Of a stretch of DNA of 64,000 nt, positions 49,572 through 58,127 are shown in pieces. Location of the stretch: positions 462 through 64,461 of the forward strand of contig ONFC01000001.1 in assembly GCA_900317035.1 (NCBI GenBank), in the 5' to 3' direction. The position numbers and the translations under genes were made by a program. A model generated the notes under the pieces. That model made no database searches. It was not told the origin of the DNA and worked only from the letters and a program-made list of their open reading frames with translations. Source of the stretch: an uncultured Eubacteriales bacterium (GTDB lineage Bacteria > Bacillota > Clostridia > Saccharofermentanales > Saccharofermentanaceae). Position 1 is the first letter of the stretch. Each line of letters begins with the position of its first letter.

Positions 49572-51700
49572 CCTCACGGATCGCAAAGAATTCGGACTGT
49601 GTGGTGCATTGTTCGAGGCTTGCGGAGTACAGAACTCCTTTTGGAGCCCAGAAGACGGGCGGTTATGTGGATCTTTATATCGATGTAACTGTTCCTGTCG
49701 ATCAGATCGTTCTTTGTTATGCTTATGGTCTTTATGGCCTGTCGTATAACGAACTGCGGATGAAAAAATATGAAACAGTCCCGGACCGCTGGCATTGCCG
49801 TCTTCGCATGCCCTCTGAGCCGGGGCTGCTTTTTTACTGGTTCTGTTTGCGCAGCAGTGCAGAAGATATTGAAAGAATCGTTGATCCGGAGTGTCACGAT
49901 CTCCTGTATCGTAAATACGACGAAAGCCATACTTATCTTTATTATGTAGCATGCTGGGAAGGCGAAGACGGAAAAGGAAAGTTTGCGTTTAGCGCACCTC
50001 GTGTCGGTGTGGAAGAAGAGAAATACCCGCATGCTTTCCAGATCACGGTCTATGAAGACGGTTTCGTTACACCGGACTGGATGAAGGGTGCGGTTATGTA
50101 TCAGATATTCCCAGACCGTTTCTATCGCGGTTCAGATTACTCTTTTTCTGCAATGGAAGAGACAGGAAAAAGCCGTCCGGAACGGATATTCCATGAGGAC
50201 TGGAATGAAGATGTCGATATTGAAGGAAAACCGGAGACGGGATACCTTGCCTGTGACTTTTATGGAGGAACGCTCAAAGGTATCGCGGAGAAGGCGGATT
50301 ATCTTAAAACCCTGAATATTGATGTGCTTTACCTGAATCCGATCTGTGAAGCGAGATCAAATCACCGCTATGATACGGCAGATTATCTGAACGTCGATCC
50401 GATCCTTGGTGGGAAAAGCGGGTATAAGGCGTTTTCTGCCGTAATGAAAGAAAACAATATCCGGTACATTCTGGATGGCGTATTCAGCCACACCGGAGCG
50501 GACAGCCGGTATTTTAACAAGTATGGAAGATACGAAGCACCCGGGGCTTACAGTGCTTTTGCCGAAGGAAAAAACAGTGATTACTCATCCTGGTATGCTT
50601 TCTACCGTAATGAGAACGGGGACGTGGCCTACGATTCCTGGTGGGGTTTCCCGGAGCTTCCTAATACGAAAGAAGATGACCTTAGCTACCGCGAGTACAT
50701 ACTGGGACCTAATGGTGTTATCGCAAACTGGATCCGTGGAGGCGCCAGCGGTGTGAGACTCGATGTTTCAGACGAACTTCCGGATTCGTTTTTAAGGGAA
50801 ATGAGATCGGCTGTCAAACGATCCTCGGATGGAAACGCTCTGGTACTTGGCGAGGTCTGGGAAGAGGTAACCACGAAAATCAGCTATGGAAGCTAGCGTG
50901 ACTTTGCATTCGGAAGAACGCATGATACTGTCATGGGATATCCGTTCCGTGAGGCTCTTCTTTCTTTCCTGAAAGGGGAGACGAGCGCCCGTACATGGAG
51001 CCTGACCATGGAAAAGTACAGGGAGAATCTTCCTGATCAGATGTTCTACTGTATGATGAACCTGATCTCCAGTCATGACGTGCCTCGTGCGATCACGATG
51101 CTTGCAGGAGCTCCGGATCCGGGGAATCGGGAAGCACAGAAAGAGCTCCGTCTGACGAAGCATATGAAGAGCCGCGGGGCTGCATTGATGAAAATGGCAT
51201 TTGCACTTCAGATGACGTATCCTGGATGTCCTTGTACATACTATGGTGATGAAATCGGCATGGACGGTTATCGGGACCCGTTTAACCGAAGGACGTATCC
51301 GTGGGGAAAAGTCAGCGAGTGGCAGATGAATATCCTTTCAACATACCGCGAACTCAGTTCTCTTCGTTCCAGGTATGAAGTCCTTCGCTGCGGTGAGGTG
51401 AAGATCCTTTATGCGGATGGGGATGACCTGGTTTTCGAGAGATCCCTGGACAGCATGGGAAAAGACCATTTTGGCAAGCTTTGCAGTGGCCCTAAAAAGG
51501 TTTTGTGTATAATGAACCGTAGTGATAAAATAAAAATGCTGGTCCAGTTGGATGGAGAAACCGGGCTGAAGTCTATCGAACATATTCCGGAAATCTTTAC
51601 CGGAAGTGGCGAAACAGGATGTTTGGTGATCGGGCAGGATCAGAATGAGGAGAAAGTTGAGATACATCCTCTTTCAGCAATGATTTGTATCTTACATTAA
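49568..51700 (+). pseudogene. GH13 alpha-amylase/neopullulanase-like glycosidase interrupted by an in-frame TAG (50894-50896)
   Basis: ORFs 49568..50896 and 50933..51700 are in the same frame. The translation reads straight through as ...GVRLDVSDELP...[36 protein letters not shown]..., the conserved GH13 regions. Confidence 0.75.
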
Positions 51701-51734
51701 TATATATAGGATAAGGGTATTAAGGGAGGTAATT

Positions 51735-52832
51735 ATGGCAGATGTTGATGAGCAGGGTCGTCAGATCCAAACCGAAGTAACCGAGGACGTTACCGACAAA
51801 AAGTGTCCGAATTGCGGCGCAACGGTTGTTTTTGATCCGGAATCCGGCGGAATGTTATGTGAGTTCTGCGGTTATAAATGTGAATTGCCGAAGGCGGATT
51901 CTGAGAATGCTATCTGCGAGCTGGATTTTGAATCAGCAGAGAAGACAGCAAGCTTTGAATGGGGAGCACAGAAGAAGTCGGTAGTTTGTAAGCAGTGTGG
52001 AGCTGAGACGATCTATGACGCGCTGGAGACAGCTGCTGTATGTCCTTTCTGTGGTTCTACGAGTGTAATGCCGGCTGCATCGAATGACTCTATGTCTCCG
52101 GGAGCTGTTGTACCGTTTGCTGTTCCGAAAGATAAGGCAGGAGAGAAGTTCACTTCCTGGCTGAAAGGAAAGATCTTTACTCCGTCTAAGGCTAAAAAGA
52201 GTGCTAAGCCGGATTCTTTCCAGGGTGTTTATCTGCCATACTGGACATATGATGCACAGACCACATCCCAGTTCACGGCCCGTGCCGGATATGACCGCCG
52301 CGTAAAGAGAGGAGACAGCTATGTAACAGAGACCACATGGCGTCCGGTAAGTGGTGTATACCAGGAATTCATTGACGACGAGACAGTAATGGCCTCCAAG
52401 AGAAGTGATAATACAATTGTGAAGAGATGTGAACCGTTTGATTTTTCCAAACTCGTTCCATATTCTCCCCAAGTTGTCGCCGGATTTATTGCAGAGCGTT
52501 ACTCGATCGGTCTGAAAGAAGGATGGGGAATTGCCCAGGAATCCATTAAGAAACAGCTGAGAAATCACATGGATCAGTACATCCGTAGAAACTGGCGCTG
52601 TGATCGTGTGGATTCACTTCGTTTCTCCACCTTATATAGTAATATTACCTATAAATATTTACTGGTTCCGGTCTGGATCTCTTCGTTCAAGTATAACGAT
52701 AAAGTATATCAGTTTGTGGTTAATGGACAGACAGGAAAAGTCGGCGGACGTGCACCGGTATCTGCACTCCGTGTACTAGCGGCAATCGGTATCGGCTTAT
52801 TGATCATCGGATTGCTCCTGCATTTCACCTGA
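51735..52832 (+). CDS. double zinc-ribbon protein with C-terminal TM anchor
   Basis: 365 aa. CPNCG...CEFCG and CKQCG...CPFCG ribbons. C-terminal hydrophobic helix VLAAIGIGLLIIGLLL. Confidence 0.55.
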   Translation: MADVDEQGRQIQTEVTEDVTDKKCPNCGATVVFDPESGGMLCEFCGYKCELPKADSENAICELDFESAEKTASFEWGAQKKSVVCKQCGAETIYDALETAAVCPFCGSTSVMPAASNDSMSPGAVVPFAVPKDKAGEKFTSWLKGKIFTPSKAKKSAKPDSFQGVYLPYWTYDAQTTSQFTARAGYDRRVKRGDSYVTETTWRPVSGVYQEFIDDETVMASKRSDNTIVKRCEPFDFSKLVPYSPQVVAGFIAERYSIGLKEGWGIAQESIKKQLRNHMDQYIRRNWRCDRVDSLRFSTLYSNITYKYLLVPVWISSFKYNDKVYQFVVNGQTGKVGGRAPVSALRVLAAIGIGLLIIGLLLHFT

Positions 52833-52857
52833 TCACTATAAACAATAGGCTTTTAAT

Positions 52858-52895
52858 GAAGAAGTTCGCAACGATTGTTACGAACTTCTTTATTA
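52858..52895 (+). terminator. putative rho-independent terminator
   Basis: AAGAAGTTCG...CGAACTTCTT stem (52859-52868/52881-52890) followed by TATT. The T-tract is weak. Confidence 0.45.
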
Positions 52896-53035
52896 ATTGT
52901 GTACAAATTGTGAAATTTGTGCATTTTGCACAATCAAAAACGGTTGAGCAAATTCATTTGATAGTTTAATATGAATTTGGTTGGGTCTGCTTAGCAGACA
53001 TATATTCATCGATTGGTGACAATTGGAGGGTTATC

Positions 53036-54931
53036 ATGACAGAAGAGAAGACACAGAAATTTACTGCTGGTAATCGGTTTGGCCGCTGGATCAGAGTTTT
53101 ATCCTGCACTCTGGTAATTGCTTTCTTAGGAGCACAGGGAATTGCAGCACTCCCGTCCGGATCGGCCAATAATCATCTTTCTAACGAAAGTTCGAACGGA
53201 TTAAATCCAGAAAACCCATTTAATTATGCACTTTATTGCTTCGGTAACCTCGAGGTTGGCGGAGGTCAGGGTCATCACTCTACCGGTGCTTTTGCCATCG
53301 GCGGTGACGCAAAGTTCGGTGACTTCTCCTTTGCAGCAAGCAACACCGCTCCGGGTGAGCGTGGTCTTTCTCAGCTTGTTGTTGTAGGTCAGCTGAATTT
53401 CGAAGCTCTCAATACACTCCGTGGTAATCTTGAAGTTTCTTCTGTGTCTAACATTCATGGTTCCACATATGGTTTCAGTTCTGATTCTTATCACATCGTT
53501 GAAGGTATTTCTCTTAACTTTGGTGAGAGAAAAGCAGCGATGGTTTCCCGCGCAAACAGCGCGAACAGTTTTGCACAGACAAATTCCAACGCGATCCTGA
53601 ATAAGCAGGGCGGCGGCGGATGGCTGGAAGTTGAAGCTAAGACTCCGGCTGGTTTTGATGCTGAGAATGATGTTCTTATCTTTAATCTCCCTGAAGGTAC
53701 AAACAAACTGTACATTCCGGAAGGCGTAAATGTTATCATCAATGTTCGCGGCGATTCTGTTAATTATTTCCCGCAGCTTATGTATGGTTCATTTAATGGA
53801 GCCAGCACACCGAACGATGGTGGTGACGATCGTGACCGTCATGTAGTTTGGAACTTTGCTGAAGCAAAGAGCATCTATGTTCCGGATAACCTGGCACTTC
53901 ATGGTGCAGTTCTTGCTCCGAACGCTTATATTCAGAAGCTCGGTGGTAATACAAACGGTGCGATCATCTGTGCATCTATGTTTACTACATCTGAGTTCCA
54001 TACTGTTTCTAACAGCGTAAAGTATAAGTTCAATACACCTACGCCGACACCGACAAACACACCGGTTCCGACACCGACAAATACACCTACGCCGATTCCG
54101 ACAAATACGCCGGTCCCGACACCGACAAATACACCTACGCCGATTCCGACAAATACGCCGGTCCCGACACCGACAAATACACCTACACCGACTCCGAAGC
54201 CGACGGCTACGCCAATCCCGACAGCAACACCTGTTCCGACGGCAACTCCGATCCCGTCTCCGACAGTGACACCGTCTCCGACGCCTACGCCGATTCCGAC
54301 ACCGACAAATACGCCGGTTCCGACTCCGACAAATACACCTACGCCGATTCCGACACCGACTAATACGCCGGTTCCGACTCCGACGAACACGCCGACTCCG
54401 ACACCGAAGCCGACAGCGACGCCGATTCCGACACCAACCCCTGTCCCGACGGCGACACCTATCCCGTCTCCGACAGCGACACCGTCTCCGACGCCTACAC
54501 CGGAACCGACAGCAACTCCGACTCCGTTGCCGACTGAGACGCCGACACCGTCGCCGACTCCGATCGTGGATGATGATGAGGATGAAATGACTCCTACACC
54601 TACACCGACGGCGACACCTACACCGACGGCAACTCCGATCCCGACAGCAACACCTGTTCCGACAGCTACTCCGTTGCCGTCACCGACTGAGACACCGGTA
54701 CCGACAGCGACTCCGCTCCCGACAGCAACTCCTGTTCCGACAGAGACACCTGTTCCGACGGATCCGCCGACACCGACTCCTGAAGGAACTGTATTGGGTG
54801 CGACCCGTGTTCCGAAGACAGGTGATACAGGAACTTCTGTGAAGCTCCTCGCAGGTCTGTTCTTCCTGGTTGTTTCCGCAGCAACATTAACTGTAGTTGT
54901 TGTTAAGAACAAAGAGGAAGAGGAAAATTAA
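53036..54931 (+). CDS. cell-wall-anchored surface protein (choice-of-anchor-A-like N-domain, Pro/Thr repeat stalk, LPXTG-like VPKTG sorting signal)
   Basis: 631 aa. Signal peptide. N-domain with [15 protein letters not shown]...[11 protein letters not shown]. About 250 aa of PT-rich repeats. C-terminal VPKTGD plus a hydrophobic helix and a charged tail. Confidence 0.75.
   Translation: MTEEKTQKFTAGNRFGRWIRVLSCTLVIAFLGAQGIAALPSGSANNHLSNESSNGLNPENPFNYALYCFGNLEVGGGQGHHSTGAFAIGGDAKFGDFSFAASNTAPGERGLSQLVVVGQLNFEALNTLRGNLEVSSVSNIHGSTYGFSSDSYHIVEGISLNFGERKAAMVSRANSANSFAQTNSNAILNKQGGGGWLEVEAKTPAGFDAENDVLIFNLPEGTNKLYIPEGVNVIINVRGDSVNYFPQLMYGSFNGASTPNDGGDDRDRHVVWNFAEAKSIYVPDNLALHGAVLAPNAYIQKLGGNTNGAIICASMFTTSEFHTVSNSVKYKFNTPTPTPTNTPVPTPTNTPTPIPTNTPVPTPTNTPTPIPTNTPVPTPTNTPTPTPKPTATPIPTATPVPTATPIPSPTVTPSPTPTPIPTPTNTPVPTPTNTPTPIPTPTNTPVPTPTNTPTPTPKPTATPIPTPTPVPTATPIPSPTATPSPTPTPEPTATPTPLPTETPTPSPTPIVDDDEDEMTPTPTPTATPTPTATPIPTATPVPTATPLPSPTETPVPTATPLPTATPVPTETPVPTDPPTPTPEGTVLGATRVPKTGDTGTSVKLLAGLFFLVVSAATLTVVVVKNKEEEEN
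54032..54790 (+). repeat. in-frame tandem repeats encoding the Pro/Thr-rich stalk
   Basis: Near-identical DNA units (for example ACACCGACAAATACACCTACGCCGATTCCGACAAATACGCCGGTCCCGAC x2). There is also a higher-order repeat of about 240 nt encoding [47 protein letters not shown]. Confidence 0.85.
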
Positions 54932-54950
54932 ACAGATATTTCTAAACTTA

Positions 54951-54981
54951 AAAGGCTGCCTTTGAAAGGCAGCCTTTTTTG
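54951..54981 (+). terminator. rho-independent terminator after the surface protein gene
   Basis: AAAGGCTGCC-TTTGAAA-GGCAGCCTTT followed by TTT. Confidence 0.75.
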
Positions 54982-55031
54982 ATTTCCTATTTTAGAGTAA
55001 AATGGTTATGTACTAGGGGGGATAATAGTAT

Positions 55032-58000
55032 ATGATCGATCATTATGATGCGTTTATTTCTTATAAACATGCACCTTTGGATAACAAAGTAGCTGCACAT
55101 GTTCAGTCTAAACTGGAACATTTCCATATTCCTGCGAAAATCCGCAAGAAAACCGGTATGAAGCGCATCCAGCGTGTCTTCCGTGATAAAGATGAATTAC
55201 CTATTACCAGTGATCTAGGTGCGACCATTTCCCATGCGCTTGAAAACTCTAATTATCTGATCGTCATATGCTCTCATAACACTAGAAAGTCTGAGTGGGT
55301 CAGAAGAGAGATCCAGTATTTCCTGAAATATCATTCCAGACGGCAGATCCTTGCTGTTCTTGCAGAAGGTGAACCTTATGAAGTGCTTCCTGAAGATCTT
55401 CTTCGTGAGGAGGTCCGTGTTGTTCGCCCGGATGGGACGGAAGCCATTGTACTTCATGAGAAAGAACCTCTTTGCGCTGATTTCAGACAATCCATGCATA
55501 AAGCTGATAAAGAAGAACTGCCTCGTCTTGCGTCTGCTTTGATCGGATGTTCTTATGATGAACTGATGAATAGAAGACGTGCTTATCAGATGCAGAGAAT
55601 AACTGCGCTTAGTCTTGCATTTGTTACCCTTGCTTTTAGTGTCTTGTTATATCAGATTTGGAACCGTTCGAGATTACAGAAGAGTTATCGGGATACACTT
55701 CGTAATCAGGCTATATATCTTGCTAATGAATCTGAGAATTTTCTTGAACAGGAAAAACGTATAGATGCTATTCAGATGGCACTTGCAGCTCTGCCATCAG
55801 AGGATAATGACCGCCCGGTTACATCTGAAGCTGTTCGCGCGCTTACAGATGCGACATTGGCTTACAAGCCTTTAATGGGGACGAATATCGAAGCGGTTTG
55901 GAACTATAAAATGCCGTCAATGATAGAAAAAATGGCTCTGTCCCCGGAGCGAACATCACTGGCTGTATCAGATCAGACAGGTCTTTTGAATGTTTGGGAT
56001 ACAGAGGAACATCATCTTATTCTTGAAAAATCGTTTTCCGGTAAAGAGATCCTTTCTATTGAGTATTTGAAGGATGATTATCTTCTAGTCACTACATATT
56101 ATGAAGTGTATATGTTTCGTTTATCTACGCAGAAACAGGAATGGAGTTTCCCTATCGAAGATGGACAGAAACTGAATACATATTATGGATTGCTTCGTAT
56201 CGAATCCGATGAATCGTTTTTTCTTCTGACTAATAAGGACAAGATATATCATATTTCTACCGAGGATGGAGAACTTCTAGATTCGTATCAGCTACCTTCC
56301 CAGATTGATAATAATTTTGTAATTGGTAATGTATATTCTATTTCACCGGACGGTAAAAAAATAGCTGTCTGTATGGATTATGAGTTATCTCCTCATGTTG
56401 GAGTATATGATTTTTCTGATGGATCTTATAAATTGTGTCAAATTCAAGGTCCTGTTGTTCGCAACCTATTGTGGGCAGATGCTGAGACAATCATCGTTGT
56501 TGGATATGATATAAATTCTACGAATAATCTTCTTCGTTCGGATAGAATAATCGTTCAGCCTCATGCCGATGAAGTTTCCTGCATTGATGTATCTTCCATG
56601 ACACTTAGGTGGAGCCGTGAATGCTGTTATAATGTCGCACTTTATTACAATGAACTCCTTAAACTGCCGGCAAGAAATGCCGTAGCATATTCCACTGGAG
56701 ATGTGATGGAGATCTACGATCTCACAAGCGGAGATGTTCTTGGATCATATCAGGTGCAGCAGCTGATCGCAGACATTAGTGATAATGATGGTGATGGTAT
56801 ACCGACTTTTGTTACAGAATCAGGAGCTCTGGGTACAACTGTTGATTCTATGAATACGAATACTACGATGTACACCTTTGAGTTTGTGAAAAATATCGAT
56901 AATGTTCTTATTGGGAACGGGGTGTATATTCATCAAAAGGGAGCATCTGAAATCATATATTATGACACATTTGTAATGGATGATGAGTGGAAGGAAATGA
57001 ATCCTGATGTTGTCCTTTCTCAACCACAAAATTATTTTCTTGATGATGATTATCTGGTATTGCTTTCGCATAATGACAACTTTCCACATATAACTGTGTA
57101 TGATGCTGAAAAAAAGACCCTTATACGCGACATCGATATAGAAGATGCAGCTTCTTCTGAGGGAAGGATCCTTCAAATTGTTGATGACTTACTATATATA
57201 GCTGTAATTAATCAGGATGATGGTATTTTTATCTATAGTATTTCTTTGAAAGATGACAATCGGGAAGTAGTTTATGAAATCCAGGATCCGTTTTTTTTCC
57301 GTCAATTATTATGCTCTATGACAGGCGATTTTGTGACTTATATTTCCGAGGATAAAGAGACGCGTCAGGATCGGATATGTTTATACAATATCCGAAGTGG
57401 CGAGAGAGAATCATTCTCACTGCCGATGACGAGCTTTAATAGTTATGGTTTGCCGGTTTATTATCCGGAGCAAAATGCAATCATATATAATGACGAGGCT
57501 GGAAGTTTTGTGATTAATGTTGATAATAAAGATGTAAAACAGCTGCGTCTTCCGTCCAATTGGAGTAATACTACTTTTGTTGAACATGATAAAGATGGGA
57601 AAAGATGGATCATAGCGGATATGAGCCGCATTCTGGTTTTCGACTCAGAATGGAATCAGGAGATGGAACTTCAGACAAACGGCCGGACTGCGGTTGGAGC
57701 TGTATTTTATAAAGAGGGAACATCTTCTGAACAGATCCTGGTTGCTTTTAATGACGGATCATTTTACCGGTATGATGCTGAAAACGGCAATTTTATTGGA
57801 AAGACAGAAGTGGAGATGTATTATAACAGCTTGTATGACGCGAAAATGACAATCGATGAAGAACAAGGTCTGCTTTTTATTCAAACCGGTTTTATCACAG
57901 ATGTCGTTGATACAGAATCCTGGGTAGAGTTGGCGGTAGTATGGAATTCATACGGGTATCACAAACCGACGGATACTTTCTTTGCAAGCAGCTACAAAGG

Positions 58001-58127
58001 TAATTATGATTATCGCATCGGATATTTCAGGCATTATACATTACAGGAACTTAAGGATAAAGCATACAGGATCCTGAAAGGTTCGGAAATGTCTGAAGAG
58101 CAGAAAATGAGGTATGGTATCAGCTGA
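55032..58127 (+). CDS. TIR domain - single TM - large beta-propeller-like repeat protein
   Basis: 1031 aa. N-terminal TIR hallmarks (HYDAFISYKH..., NYLIVICSHNTRKSEWVRREIQYF). Hydrophobic helix ITALSLAFVTLAFSVLLYQIW near aa 190-212. About 800 aa of repetitive beta-rich sequence with WD40-like strings (LNVWDTEEHH). RBS AGGGGGG upstream. Confidence 0.8.
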   Translation: MIDHYDAFISYKHAPLDNKVAAHVQSKLEHFHIPAKIRKKTGMKRIQRVFRDKDELPITSDLGATISHALENSNYLIVICSHNTRKSEWVRREIQYFLKYHSRRQILAVLAEGEPYEVLPEDLLREEVRVVRPDGTEAIVLHEKEPLCADFRQSMHKADKEELPRLASALIGCSYDELMNRRRAYQMQRITALSLAFVTLAFSVLLYQIWNRSRLQKSYRDTLRNQAIYLANESENFLEQEKRIDAIQMALAALPSEDNDRPVTSEAVRALTDATLAYKPLMGTNIEAVWNYKMPSMIEKMALSPERTSLAVSDQTGLLNVWDTEEHHLILEKSFSGKEILSIEYLKDDYLLVTTYYEVYMFRLSTQKQEWSFPIEDGQKLNTYYGLLRIESDESFFLLTNKDKIYHISTEDGELLDSYQLPSQIDNNFVIGNVYSISPDGKKIAVCMDYELSPHVGVYDFSDGSYKLCQIQGPVVRNLLWADAETIIVVGYDINSTNNLLRSDRIIVQPHADEVSCIDVSSMTLRWSRECCYNVALYYNELLKLPARNAVAYSTGDVMEIYDLTSGDVLGSYQVQQLIADISDNDGDGIPTFVTESGALGTTVDSMNTNTTMYTFEFVKNIDNVLIGNGVYIHQKGASEIIYYDTFVMDDEWKEMNPDVVLSQPQNYFLDDDYLVLLSHNDNFPHITVYDAEKKTLIRDIDIEDAASSEGRILQIVDDLLYIAVINQDDGIFIYSISLKDDNREVVYEIQDPFFFRQLLCSMTGDFVTYISEDKETRQDRICLYNIRSGERESFSLPMTSFNSYGLPVYYPEQNAIIYNDEAGSFVINVDNKDVKQLRLPSNWSNTTFVEHDKDGKRWIIADMSRILVFDSEWNQEMELQTNGRTAVGAVFYKEGTSSEQILVAFNDGSFYRYDAENGNFIGKTEVEMYYNSLYDAKMTIDEEQGLLFIQTGFITDVVDTESWVELAVVWNSYGYHKPTDTFFASSYKGNYDYRIGYFRHYTLQELKDKAYRILKGSEMSEEQKMRYGIS

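Noticed and set aside
50894-50896. The in-frame TAG as a pyrrolysine codon.
   Set aside because: No pylTSBCD genes or methylamine methyltransferase context appear in the window, and a GH13 enzyme is not a known Pyl protein. A nonsense mutation or sequencing error is far more likely.
54032-54790. Regular short repeats that could be mistaken for a CRISPR array or minisatellite.
   Set aside because: The repeats are in frame inside a long ORF and encode a Pro/Thr stalk. There are no unique spacers of constant length and no cas genes.
53932-54912. 326-aa Gly/Val-rich ORF on the minus strand.
   Set aside because: It is the reverse complement of the PT-repeat coding region and is a compositional shadow ORF. 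The same applies to the Ala/Gly-rich ORF at 38046..38510 opposite the Pro/Ala linker.
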